This document shows positions 8,477-17,041 of a stretch of 51,172 nt of DNA, piece after piece. The notes under the pieces are model-generated. The model made no database searches. It saw only the letters and a list, made by a program, of their open reading frames with translations, and was not told the origin of the DNA. Both the position numbers and the translations under genes were made by a program. Within the stretch, counting starts at the first letter, position 1, and every line of letters starts with the position of its first letter. The stretch is from NCBI GenBank assembly GCA_044870185.1, contig JBIOYL010000188.1, positions 1 to 51,172 on the forward strand. Direction: 5' to 3'. Source of the DNA: Actinomycetes bacterium. GTDB lineage: Bacteria > Actinomycetota > CALGFH01.

Positions 8477-9310
8477 CTAGCCCCAGAACGAGTCTGCCGT
8501 ACGCGGCGGCGGGACGTGGACGTACACGCGGCCGCTGCCGGACACCTGGTCCATCACGTTGCGGGTGACCTTGTTGACACGGATGCTGCCGCTGCCGGAA
8601 ATGGTCAGGCCGGCGTCGGTGGCGGTGCCGCCGAAGGCGATCGATCCGGATCCTGCGATCGCGGCGTTGAGGTTGGCCACCTGGCCGTCTCTGATCTCGA
8701 TGTCGCCCGAGCCGGTGATGTTCAGCTGCGCCGCCTGGCCGGTCACCGTGGTGACGGTGACGTCGGCGGAGCCGACGATGTTGACCCGAAGCTCGGCGAC
8801 CTGTCCGGCGGTCACCTGGCCGTGGGCCTTCAACTTGAGGTCCAGCGGAGCGTGGGTGTCGCCGATGCGGTAGCTGCCGCCCGCACCGTCGTCGATCGTG
8901 ACCGGTGTCCGTGGCGGGACCTCAACGGTGATCGCGATCTCCTCGAACGGCGCCGAGCCGCCGTCGGCGGTGATGGTCTTGCCGTTGACCACGATGGGGC
9001 CGCTGACGCCGGAAATCTGGATGCCGCGGCCGCCACCGGCGATGACCACACCGCCCACGGACATGTTGCTGATGGAGGTGAAACCGCCCCGGCCGCCGAC
9101 GACCATCGTCATGCCGCCTCCGGCGCCAGTGGCCGGGCCGCTGACGGTCAGGGTGTCGCCGGTGACGTCGCGGCGGATGCGGTCGAGCTGGTCCTGCGGT
9201 CCGCGCATCTGCAGCCGCATCTCGTTCAAGCCGGGGGTCGGGACGACGGCGACCGTGCCGGGAAGGTCGGTCAGGCGTAGCCGGGTCGCGCGATGTGTCT
9301 CGTTGATCAT
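8477..9310 (-). CDS. DUF2807/GIN-domain-like beta-helix repeat protein (putative adhesin fold)
   Basis: Repeated GSGxI motifs (GSGDIEI, GSGSIAF, GSGSIRV, GSGRVYV) in a Gly/Val/Thr-rich repeat. ATG preceded by GAAGGGAAA. Confidence 0.7.
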   Translation of the reverse strand: MINETHRATRLRLTDLPGTVAVVPTPGLNEMRLQMRGPQDQLDRIRRDVTGDTLTVSGPATGAGGGMTMVVGGRGGFTSISNMSVGGVVIAGGGRGIQISGVSGPIVVNGKTITADGGSAPFEEIAITVEVPPRTPVTIDDGAGGSYRIGDTHAPLDLKLKAHGQVTAGQVAELRVNIVGSADVTVTTVTGQAAQLNITGSGDIEIRDGQVANLNAAIAGSGSIAFGGTATDAGLTISGSGSIRVNKVTRNVMDQVSGSGRVYVHVPPPRTADSFWG

Positions 9311-9410
9311 TCGGGTTTCCCTTCGATCCGGTGGGACGCCGGGATTGAACCAGGACGGTCGGTCACGCAAACGGTGATCGGTGTCGGGACGAGGGCCGCG
9401 CCGCCAGGCG

Positions 9411-10106
9411 TCAGTGGATGTCGCCTCGGTGGAACTGGTCCCAGGTCAGGGCACTCCAGAACGGCACGTTGCCGCCGTGGGTGAGCAGGTGGCCGACCGC
9501 GGTCAGGACCAGTCCACGGTGGTCGTTGCCCAGGTCGGCGGTGTCGTCGCCGATGTTGATCGGCATGGCCGAGGCGATCGAGGCGGCGATGCGCAGCATG
9601 GCCAGTTCCGAGGAGGAGCCGTCGAGGCTGGCGCCCTGGTCGTGGAGCTGGTCGCTCTGCTGCTCGTCCCAGTTGTCGAGCTCGTCGAGCAGTTGGGCGG
9701 GTGCGTGCAGGCTGCGCAGGGTGCGGATCGCGCGGGAGGCCAGTCCGAGGGCGGCGGCGAGCTTGCGCCAGTCGAGGTACGCCTCCACGCTCCCGTCGGG
9801 GTTCCAGCGGCAGGAGATGTACGGGCGCAGCGACTTCTCCTCCAGCCACCACTCGTGGACGATGAGCAGGTCGACCGCGGCCAGGCGCTGGCTGTCGGAG
9901 GCCCCGCGGCGCAGCGCGTCGGCGAGCTGGGCGGGGGTAAGCCGGGGTGCGAGCCGGCGGCTCTGCTGGTCCATGTGCTGGTACGCCAGGGTGGAGGCGT
10001 CGTCGAGGCGGTTGCCGCTGCCTCCCGATCCGCAGGCACAGGACCAGGTGTTCGCGGCGTCGTTGACGGTGTAGTAGTGGTTGGGGATGGCCTTCTTGGT
10101 GCTCAT
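9411..10106 (-). CDS. Hypothetical protein (231 aa), coupled to the GntR gene
   Basis: Its ATG overlaps the GntR stop (ATGA at 10103-10106). Translation: MSTKKAIPNHYYTVNDAANTWSCACGSGG... Confidence 0.6.
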   Translation of the reverse strand: MSTKKAIPNHYYTVNDAANTWSCACGSGGSGNRLDDASTLAYQHMDQQSRRLAPRLTPAQLADALRRGASDSQRLAAVDLLIVHEWWLEEKSLRPYISCRWNPDGSVEAYLDWRKLAAALGLASRAIRTLRSLHAPAQLLDELDNWDEQQSDQLHDQGASLDGSSSELAMLRIAASIASAMPINIGDDTADLGNDHRGLVLTAVGHLLTHGGNVPFWSALTWDQFHRGDIH

Positions 10107-10453
10107 GCCTGCTGCCCTCGTTCGTGGGGTCGCATGGACGGCTCGGTGCTCTCCAGCGCGGCCTCCAACTTGGCCAGCGCGGTTTTGACGTCGTTGACCA
10201 GCTCGCGGATGTCGTGGCGGGGCACGGCGATCACTTCGGCGCCGATGCCCTGGGTGATCCTGATCAGGCCCTCCTCGCGCAGGATGGCCTCTGCGCGGCG
10301 GATGGTGTTCAACGCCGCCTGGTAGTGCCTTTCGAGGTCGCTTATGCCGGGCAGCAGGTCGCCGATGCGGAACTCTTCGTCGCGGATCCGGCGGCGCAGA
10401 TCGGCGGCGATCCACGCGTGCTTCGGAACCCCGCTCGCTCCATCAGTTGTCAT
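10103..10453 (-). CDS. GntR-family (short, YtrA-like) winged-helix transcriptional regulator
   Basis: IAADLRRRIRDEEFRIGDLLPGISDLERHYQAALNTIRRAEAILREEGLIRITQGIGAEV is a typical GntR wHTH. Only a ~45-aa helical tail follows. Confidence 0.8.
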   Translation of the reverse strand: MTTDGASGVPKHAWIAADLRRRIRDEEFRIGDLLPGISDLERHYQAALNTIRRAEAILREEGLIRITQGIGAEVIAVPRHDIRELVNDVKTALAKLEAALESTEPSMRPHERGQQA

Positions 10454-10557
10454 GGTGTTCCTATAAGGGTTCGGGCGGACTTGGGCCGGAGCCCAAAAGA
10501 GGATGTCGAGCCCTACACTATCAATCCTTCCCACATAAGTGAAAGGGCTGTACCTCG

Positions 10558-10992
10558 TCAGGGTCTCGGCTGTCCTCTGTGTACGCCCTGGATGAGGTCG
10601 GCCACGTCGCGGCCGCCGTGCGTGAGCTGCAGCAGGAGGTCGTACTTGTCCTCGGGCAACCATCCCTGGTCGCGCCCGGCTGTTACGAGCATCCCGGCGA
10701 GCACCACGTTGGCGACGTCCCTGCCGAACTCGTTGACGATCCGGTCTTGGAGCTGATCAGCCTCGGCGGTCTGCCCGGCCGCCAGATGATCGAGCATCTG
10801 GCGGGCCATCAGGCTCGCGCGGGCGACGTCGCCGAACATCTTCGCCTCCTCCGGCGACGTTGCCCCTTCGCTGACCAGGTGGGTCACCGCGCGGTCGGTC
10901 TCGTCCGGCAGGCCGGCGGCCTGCGCGTCGGCGGCGCGCTTGGCCGCGTGTACCTCGAACACGTCCGGCAACGGCCGGATGGGCTGCGACAT
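10558..10992 (-). CDS. Hypothetical protein (144 aa)
   Basis: SD GGAG 7 nt before the ATG; helical-looking translation. Confidence 0.6.
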   Translation of the reverse strand: MSQPIRPLPDVFEVHAAKRAADAQAAGLPDETDRAVTHLVSEGATSPEEAKMFGDVARASLMARQMLDHLAAGQTAEADQLQDRIVNEFGRDVANVVLAGMLVTAGRDQGWLPEDKYDLLLQLTHGGRDVADLIQGVHRGQPRP

Positions 10993-11049
10993 GGAGGCTC
11001 CGTTTCGCCTGGGTCAGCGACTGCTTGGGCGGGCTGCGACGAGCCCTTG

Positions 11050-11077
11050 AAAATAGCCCTCCCCGAGGCAGAGGGCC
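11050..11077 (-). terminator. Intrinsic terminator closing the DprA-like/PRTase/DUF5131 cassette
   Basis: On the minus strand, a gccctc/gagggc stem is followed by TATTTT, 44 nt after the DUF5131 stop. Confidence 0.5.
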
Positions 11078-11120
11078 AGACTTCCTCCGCATGTCCGACA
11101 TGGACGCCGGATCCGATTGG

Positions 11121-11897
11121 TCAAGGGGCGGATCGAGCCAGCGCCAGCAGGTCGGGCTCCCCCATCGCCGGCATGGCGTCGTAGACGCGGCCGTCGAGAA
11201 CGCGGCCACCCGCCTTGGGCGTGTGCCCGCCCCACTGCTTGAAGAAGAACGGCACGCCCGCGCTTTCGCAGCGGTCGCGCAGCTCCCGCACCCACTGCGG
11301 GCGCACCGGCCGGTGGTTTCTGCCGCTCTCGCCACCGGCGATCAGCCAGGAGATCCCGGCCAGGTCCAGCTCGCCGAGCGATCCCAGCAGCGGCTCGGCG
11401 GAGATGAAGCGCACGGCCGCGGGCACCCGGCGCAGCTCGTCGACCCGCCGCGCCTGCTGTGGGTTCTCCACGCTGACCCCGAGCCACACGTTGGCCGGCC
11501 AGGGCAGGTCTGCCGCCATCCGCGCCGCCCGGCGTGGGCGTTTGGTCAGCAGCTGGTAGGTGTGGCGCGGGGTCGCCGCCATCACCTCGAACACTGAGTG
11601 GATGAACGCGGCGGAGACTTTGGCGTGGAACAGGTCGCTCATGCTGTTGACGAACACCAGCCGTGGCGCGGCCCAGCGGTGCGGCAACGCCAGCGCGGCC
11701 GGGTGTTCGGTGACCGCGAACCCGGGGCCGCTGGTGCGGGGGTCACCGTCGGCCTGGTACTTCGGGTTGCCCATGGCTTTGAGGCGTTTGGCCAGGGTCA
11801 GGGCGTAGCAGTTGTCGCAGCCGGGCGATACCCGGTCGCATCCGGTGACCGGGTTCCAGGTGGCCTGTGTCCATTCGATCGCGCTCTTGTCACCCAT
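11121..11897 (-). CDS. Phage Gp37/Gp68-family (DUF5131) protein with three-Cys motif
   Basis: N-terminus IEWTQATWNPVTGCDRVSPGCDNCYA is the family hallmark (C-x6-C-x2-C). The listed ORF 11121..12047 is trimmed to MGDKSAIEW. Confidence 0.85.
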   Translation of the reverse strand: MGDKSAIEWTQATWNPVTGCDRVSPGCDNCYALTLAKRLKAMGNPKYQADGDPRTSGPGFAVTEHPAALALPHRWAAPRLVFVNSMSDLFHAKVSAAFIHSVFEVMAATPRHTYQLLTKRPRRAARMAADLPWPANVWLGVSVENPQQARRVDELRRVPAAVRFISAEPLLGSLGELDLAGISWLIAGGESGRNHRPVRPQWVRELRDRCESAGVPFFFKQWGGHTPKAGGRVLDGRVYDAMPAMGEPDLLALARSAP

Positions 11898-11934
11898 GGG
11901 CGCACCGTAGGGGGTGGGTCCGTCACCGGCGCGG

Positions 11935-12654
11935 TTACGGCCGCCAGGGCACCCGGGCCAGTACCAGCCCGTCGACCTGCACTGCGCCGAGCAGGCGCAG
12001 CTTGTTCCCCACCGCGTCGAACTGGGAGCCGGTAGTGAACAGATCATCGGCCAGCAGGACGCGCGCCCCGGCCAGCGGGATCGTCGCCTGCACGGCGTCG
12101 GCGTGCGCGGCGGCCGCGGCCTGCTTGGCGGCGAAGTCCCGCCCGGCCGACTGCGGCGTGTCGATCGGTTTGACCAGGCCGTACGGGAAGATCGGCCAGC
12201 GGCGGTGGATGTCCTCGGTGGCGGCCGCCGCCATGACCCGCTCCATGTGCTGGTAGGGCTGCCGCCCGGTGAAGCTGGGGTTGGCCAGGATGTGGGTGTA
12301 CTGGCTGGCCTGCACCGCGTGCCGGTCCAGCCAGCCGAGGATCAGGCGGCCGAAGATGTTGCCCCATCCCCAAAAGCCCGGTGGGTACTTGAAGCGCCGG
12401 ATCGTGTCGTTGAGCGGGGCCGAGTCGACGGAGATCGCCGAGACGGTGCCGAAGCCTCGCGTGGGTTGCAGGCAGATCCGGTTGCGGCAACCGGCGGCGT
12501 CGACCTCCTGGGCGCACACCGGGCAGCGGATGCCGGTCAGCTGCGGGACGGTGCTCAACGCGCAGCCGATGCAGAACGCGGCCGCGCCGCTGACCTGGTA
12601 GGGGCAGGTCGCGCAGTTGGGGAAGCCCGGTGGGCGGCCGGCCGGGTAGGTCAC
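11935..12654 (-). CDS. ComF-type phosphoribosyltransferase with N-terminal double zinc ribbon
   Basis: CATCPY..CIGC..CPVC..C-x4-C, then the PRPP loop ARVLLADDLFTTGSQ. GTG start overlaps the DprA-like stop (GTGA). Confidence 0.85.
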   Translation of the reverse strand: MTYPAGRPPGFPNCATCPYQVSGAAAFCIGCALSTVPQLTGIRCPVCAQEVDAAGCRNRICLQPTRGFGTVSAISVDSAPLNDTIRRFKYPPGFWGWGNIFGRLILGWLDRHAVQASQYTHILANPSFTGRQPYQHMERVMAAAATEDIHRRWPIFPYGLVKPIDTPQSAGRDFAAKQAAAAAHADAVQATIPLAGARVLLADDLFTTGSQFDAVGNKLRLLGAVQVDGLVLARVPWRP

Positions 12655-13766
12655 AGCGGCGCCGCCGCGGCGCTGGCCATGTGGTGGCGCAGCGTGGCGG
12701 CCGCGGCGATGGCGTCGGCGGACGCGACGCGTTCGATCACGTCGGCCACGTCGGCGACCTCGACGACCGGCAGGGGCAGCCGTGGCGGCTCGGCGGTGCT
12801 GTCGTCGTCCTGGCCGGGTGTCGTGAACAGGTCGACGTCGGTCACCGGCTTGATCCGGGTCGCGCGCGCGTAGCTGCCGGTCAGCGGGGTCTGCGGATCG
12901 GTCCGGTACAGCTGCAGCGCTTCGAGGATCATCTTCTTGGCCCACGGTTGGGCGGTGGCCAGGGACTTGAGCAGGAAGACGGTCTTGGCGTGGGCGCGGG
13001 CGGCCTGGGCCTGCATCTTGGCGCCGGAGGTCGACGACGCCTCGATGACGACCGTGCCCTGGGTGAAGCCGGACATGGTGACGTTGCGGGCCGGGAAGCG
13101 CCACTTGTCCGGCGGATCGGTGGGCCAGAACTGGGAGACGACCGCGCCGCCGGTGGCCACGATCCGGTCGGCCAGTGCCGCGTTCTCCTTCGGGTAGACG
13201 GGGCTGGCGATGCCGGTGCCGGTGACGGCCACGGTGCGGTTGTCCAGCCCGACGGTGGCCGTGTGCGCCGCGGTGTCGATGCCCTTGGCGAGGCCGGAGA
13301 CGACCACGATGCCTTCACGGCTGAGGCCGGCGGCCATCCGGCGTGCCCGGGACAGCCCGTCGGCGCTGGCGTTGCGGGTGCCGACGACCGCGATCGAGCG
13401 GGCGTCGGTCAGGCTGAGGCTGCCCTTGTAGAACAGGAAGGGCGGCGCGTCGGGCACCAGGCGCAGGTTGGCCGGGTAGTCCTCGTCGACGACGGTCACC
13501 AGATGTGCCCCGGCCCGCTCGGCGATGTCGAGCTGCCGGAGCGTGAATTCCCGCGCGTCCTTGAGGGCGGTTGACGACGCTAGCGCCCACGCCATGATCT
13601 GGCGAGCCTTGTCCGCCTTCGCCGAGTGTTCGGTGACCTCGCCGGCGAACCAGCGGTCGAGCGCTTCGCTGCCCTGAGCGGTGCGGGCCAGTAGCTTCCA
13701 GTCGATGCGGCCGAGGGTCTCGTGCTGCAGGGCGCACAGCGTCAGCAGTCGTTCCTGATCACGCAT
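12651..13766 (-). CDS. DprA/Smf-like (SLOG/Rossmann) DNA-processing protein with atypical C-terminal tail
   Basis: IAVVGTRNAS..G...A..LA..L...GIVVVSGLAKGIDTAAH...VAVTGTGI...YP.EN is the DprA core. Strong SD GGAAGGAGGG. The last ~110 aa are acidic/Ala-rich rather than a wHTH. Confidence 0.9.
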   Translation of the reverse strand: MRDQERLLTLCALQHETLGRIDWKLLARTAQGSEALDRWFAGEVTEHSAKADKARQIMAWALASSTALKDAREFTLRQLDIAERAGAHLVTVVDEDYPANLRLVPDAPPFLFYKGSLSLTDARSIAVVGTRNASADGLSRARRMAAGLSREGIVVVSGLAKGIDTAAHTATVGLDNRTVAVTGTGIASPVYPKENAALADRIVATGGAVVSQFWPTDPPDKWRFPARNVTMSGFTQGTVVIEASSTSGAKMQAQAARAHAKTVFLLKSLATAQPWAKKMILEALQLYRTDPQTPLTGSYARATRIKPVTDVDLFTTPGQDDDSTAEPPRLPLPVVEVADVADVIERVASADAIAAAATLRHHMASAAAAPL

Positions 13767-13819
13767 GGTGCCCTCCTTCCCTCGGTGCCAGGCTAGGGCA
13801 GGCGTGTGTCATTTCGGCG

Positions 13820-13840
13820 GCACGGCGGCCGCGGCCGTGC
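13820..13840 (-). terminator. Short hairpin between the RHH/PIN pair and the DprA-like cassette
   Basis: gcacggc / gccgtgc 7-bp stem with a 7-nt loop, 23 nt after the PIN-like stop. Confidence 0.3.
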
Positions 13841-13862
13841 GGGGCGAGTGGGTACATGGCGG

Positions 13863-14261
13863 TCACTCGCTGAGATCGAGCACGTCGTCCTCGTCGAGTT
13901 CGTCGGCGTAGAGGTTCACGTCGTAGGTCGCCACGAGCGCACCCTGGGTGCGGGCCTCGGCCAGCACGTGGACGAATCCGGCCTCGACTCCGTGCGGCCG
14001 CGAGGCGATCGGCAGCGTGTCGTGCGAGAGCAGCGGCAGGATCACCGCGACGCCCTCGGCGCCGCCGAACAGCTCCACCAGGTGCTGCCGCTCGGTCGCG
14101 TTGAGGTCGGCGAACGCGTCCAGCACGGTAAGCGCGGGCACGCCGATCAGGCCGCCGTTTTCCATCACCGTGGTCATGAGTTCGGCGACCGGGGTCGCCC
14201 AGTCTTTGAGCACCGCGTACGAGGCCAGCGCGGTCTTGTCGAGAACGACGTGAATGCTCAC
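13863..14261 (-). CDS. PIN-like (VapC-family) toxin candidate, possibly degenerate
   Basis: N-terminal VVLDKTAL and C-terminal LVATYDV fit PIN acidic positions; the third acidic position is unclear. GTGA overlap with the upstream RHH gene. Confidence 0.45.
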   Translation of the reverse strand: MSIHVVLDKTALASYAVLKDWATPVAELMTTVMENGGLIGVPALTVLDAFADLNATERQHLVELFGGAEGVAVILPLLSHDTLPIASRPHGVEAGFVHVLAEARTQGALVATYDVNLYADELDEDDVLDLSE

Positions 14262-14500
14262 GCCGCCTGGGCCTCCGCGCCGCTGGTCCGGCGGCGGGTC
14301 TTCTCCGCCAGCCGCGCGCGCATGCGGGCCACGCCCTCGTCAGTGACGGTCACGCCGTGCGCGGCGAAGACCTCCTCGAGGCGGTCGGCTCGCTGCCGCC
14401 GCCGCAGTGCCTCGGTCACGTACTCGGACTTGTTGGGCAGCCCTTCGAGCTGGTCGGCGAGCTCCTCGGGGATGCTGACGCTGATCTTCCGCGATGCCAT
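14258..14500 (-). CDS. Ribbon-helix-helix (CopG-like) antitoxin/regulator
   Basis: MASRKISVSIPEELADQLEGLPNKSEYVTEALRRR is a classic RHH N-terminus. Confidence 0.75.
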   Translation of the reverse strand: MASRKISVSIPEELADQLEGLPNKSEYVTEALRRRQRADRLEEVFAAHGVTVTDEGVARMRARLAEKTRRRTSGAEAQAA

Positions 14501-14564
14501 ACCGTCAGCGTAACCCGGTAGGAAGATCCAACGCCAGAAGTAGGAAAGATCGATTATGGTGGCG

Positions 14565-14930
14565 CTAGTCCTGCCAGTCCAGCTGGTCGGCAGGTACGCC
14601 CAGCCCCAGGCCGTGCGTGATCGCAGCCTGCCGGGTCGCCTCGTCGCCGCGGGCGAAGCTGAAGACGACACCGCCGGGGAAGATCACCCACTTGCGCTGC
14701 TCGTCGTGGAAGTCGGCGTACCAACCCGGAGATGTCAGGGAGCGGCTGATCAGGTTCGCCAGGCTGTCGGGGTCGGCGGTGCTCCGGAAACTGATCAATG
14801 TCCACACCGAGGGCTGGCCCGCAGCCGGTTCGGTGATCTCCAGCCGGTCCAGTGACGTGACCCGCAGGTCGACACCGGCAAGCTTGCTCCCGGGCCGCAA
14901 GCTCTCCGCGATCAGCACACCTTCCACCAT
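14565..14930 (-). CDS. Hypothetical protein (121 aa)
   Basis: Clean ORF with balanced composition. Confidence 0.55.
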   Translation of the reverse strand: MVEGVLIAESLRPGSKLAGVDLRVTSLDRLEITEPAAGQPSVWTLISFRSTADPDSLANLISRSLTSPGWYADFHDEQRKWVIFPGGVVFSFARGDEATRQAAITHGLGLGVPADQLDWQD

Positions 14931-15031
14931 GGGCGGATCCTATTCAGGGCATCCGACAGGGCCGCGGAGTCGCCACGGTCGCGACGACCGGTCCGGCAGG
15001 CCGACCACGGTGCCTGCCGGACCTGGATCGC

Positions 15032-16324
15032 TCATGCCGCACGGCGCAGGTGTGCGACCGCCGTGCGGGCCTGCAGCTGCCCGCCCAGGCGCAGCAGCTT
15101 GCGTCGGACCCGCTCGCCGTATCCGGCCGGCGCGGCGGCGATGGCCTCCGCCTCGGCCCAGCTGATGCCGCCGCCGAACGCGTACGCCTCGGCCACCGCC
15201 CGCTCCATCGGCTTGAGCATCGCCAGCACCCGCAAGATGCGCGGGTCCTGGAACTCGCCTGCCAGGCCGGGCAGCGCATCGGGCCGCGGCCGCCAGCACG
15301 CCACCACGTCTCCGACCGTGCTGGTACCCGGCTCGGGGGCCGGAAGCGGCTCGTCCAGCGAGGCGACGCAGCGGCCGAAGAGCTGCGTCTCCCCGATCAG
15401 GCGCAGCGCCCGCCGCTGCCGGCGGGTCTCTCGCCGCAGATCGCCGAGCAGATCGCCGGTGCGCTCGGTGCGGAAGTCGCCGCCCGGGTCGTCCGGCTCC
15501 AGCGGCAGGTGTAGCAGCGCGGCCCCGACCGCTTCGGTCCCGGCCGGGTGCGTGATGCCCAGGTACGCCGCAGCGAACCGGCCGACCCGTTCCCGGCTGA
15601 TCGACGGGTCGTCGCGCACGATCGAGTCCCGTACGTCGATCGCCTCGGTGACCGCCTGCAGGGCCGCGTCGCGTACCGCGGTGACAGCCTCACCGGTAAC
15701 GGCCGGGGCCAGCCTCGCCATGCACACCGGGCACTGCGTCGCGATGGTCGACGCCAGCAGACTCAGGAACAGGGTGACCGCAGTGGCGGAGACTTCGGCC
15801 GGGGCGGAAGGTTCCGGGATCGGCTGCTTGCGCCGACCTGGCCGCTCCGGCCACGGCCACCTGTGCTCCGGGCTCGGTTCGGCGCCCGCCTTCACCTCGG
15901 CGATCGCTGTGATCGACTCGAAGGAGATCAGCAGGTCGGCCAGGATTTCCCGGCCCGCACCGGCAGAGCCGTGCACCAGCTCGTTGCGCAGCCGCCACAT
16001 GTCGTGCGCCCGGCGGACGATCGCCTTGTCGCGAGTCTTGTTCCGTGGACCCCAACGACGGCTGAATGCCTCGTCGAGCGCCGTCAGATACTGTCGTTCG
16101 TCCTCGGACTCCACCAGGATCGTCAGCTCGGCGATGCCAGCGGCGCTGGCCGTGCAGACCGGGCACGACGGGAACTCACCACCGGGCCACCGGTCGTGAC
16201 CGGCCAGCACGGAGGCGAGCTTGACCGTGAAGGCGTCGCCGACCGCGCACGCCGGGCACATCGGCGCGCGGCAGTCGCCGCGCGTCCGTTCCTCGCCGCC
16301 ACCCGCGGCACTGTGGGTTTTCAT
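15032..16324 (-). CDS. Multidomain protein: Zn-ribbon + possible HEPN (R-x4-H) region + C-terminal sigma-70 region-4-like HTH
   Basis: CPAC...CPVC, then AHDMWRLRNELVHGS (RN-x3-H). C-terminus LKPMERAVAEAYAFGGGISWAEAEAIA..GERVRRKLLRL resembles sigma region 4. SD GAGGGGGG before the ATG at 16324. Confidence 0.6.
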   Translation of the reverse strand: MKTHSAAGGGEERTRGDCRAPMCPACAVGDAFTVKLASVLAGHDRWPGGEFPSCPVCTASAAGIAELTILVESEDERQYLTALDEAFSRRWGPRNKTRDKAIVRRAHDMWRLRNELVHGSAGAGREILADLLISFESITAIAEVKAGAEPSPEHRWPWPERPGRRKQPIPEPSAPAEVSATAVTLFLSLLASTIATQCPVCMARLAPAVTGEAVTAVRDAALQAVTEAIDVRDSIVRDDPSISRERVGRFAAAYLGITHPAGTEAVGAALLHLPLEPDDPGGDFRTERTGDLLGDLRRETRRQRRALRLIGETQLFGRCVASLDEPLPAPEPGTSTVGDVVACWRPRPDALPGLAGEFQDPRILRVLAMLKPMERAVAEAYAFGGGISWAEAEAIAAAPAGYGERVRRKLLRLGGQLQARTAVAHLRRAA

Positions 16325-16489
16325 GGCCCCCCTCGGGATGTCAGTGCTTCTACCCCTATAGGGCCGGTGAGGGGCTGACCGGCAAAAAATCTTGAAGAGG
16401 GTCGTCGGCGCCGACGGACCCTCCATTCTGGCATCACCCCGGCCCGGCACAGACCTTGGTGGAATGCGCGCGGGACCGCGCGTGGTTGG

Positions 16490-17032
16490 TTACGCGGTGA
16501 CAGCGGCAGGGCGGCTGGCCAGCAGCTCGCCGGTCGACATGTGCACAGTGGTGAAACCTTCGGCGATCAGCAGGCCGGGGTTGGCCATGATCTCGCGCAC
16601 GGCGGTGTGCGTGCGCCGGACGATGTGGTCGGGCACGCGCCGACCGTAGCGGCGGCCGGGCGGCGGGCCGGGCCGGGCAGCGTTGCGAGCAAGGGCGACG
16701 TCCAGGTCCACGGCGAACAGCACCGCGCGGGCCGGCACGCCGACCGTAGCGGCCAGGGCGAGCAGGTGCGCGCGGTCGGTGACGTCGGCTGACGTCGCGT
16801 CGACCACGACGTCGCGGCCGTAGCGCAGCCGGGCCTCGATGAGCGCGAGCATCACGGGCACGGCGGCCGCGGTGGCGTCCTGGTCGTTGTCGTCGTCGCT
16901 GACCCAGCCACGCACGGTGTCCAGGCAGACGATCGCGGTGGTGGGCAGTCCGGATCGCGCACACCACCAGGTCTTCCCCGAGGCTGGGCAGCCGACCAAG
17001 GCGGTAAGCGTCGGCGCCGTAGCGGTGATCAT
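16490..17032 (-). CDS. P-loop kinase of the AAA_33 / polynucleotide-kinase / zeta-toxin-like class
   Basis: Walker A LVGCPASGKT, then CLDTVRG (Asp), VVVDATS, and RNAAR...R..VP, typical of small PNK-like kinases. Confidence 0.8.
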   Translation of the reverse strand: MITATAPTLTALVGCPASGKTWWCARSGLPTTAIVCLDTVRGWVSDDDNDQDATAAAVPVMLALIEARLRYGRDVVVDATSADVTDRAHLLALAATVGVPARAVLFAVDLDVALARNAARPGPPPGRRYGRRVPDHIVRRTHTAVREIMANPGLLIAEGFTTVHMSTGELLASRPAAVTA

Positions 17033-17041
17033 CGAGGCGGC

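Noticed and set aside
10454-10557. Hairpin ttgggc/gcccaa in the GntR upstream gap as a terminator
   Set aside because: On the minus (transcribed) strand the T-run precedes rather than follows the stem, and there is no plus-strand gene to terminate. It is more likely part of the promoter/operator region.
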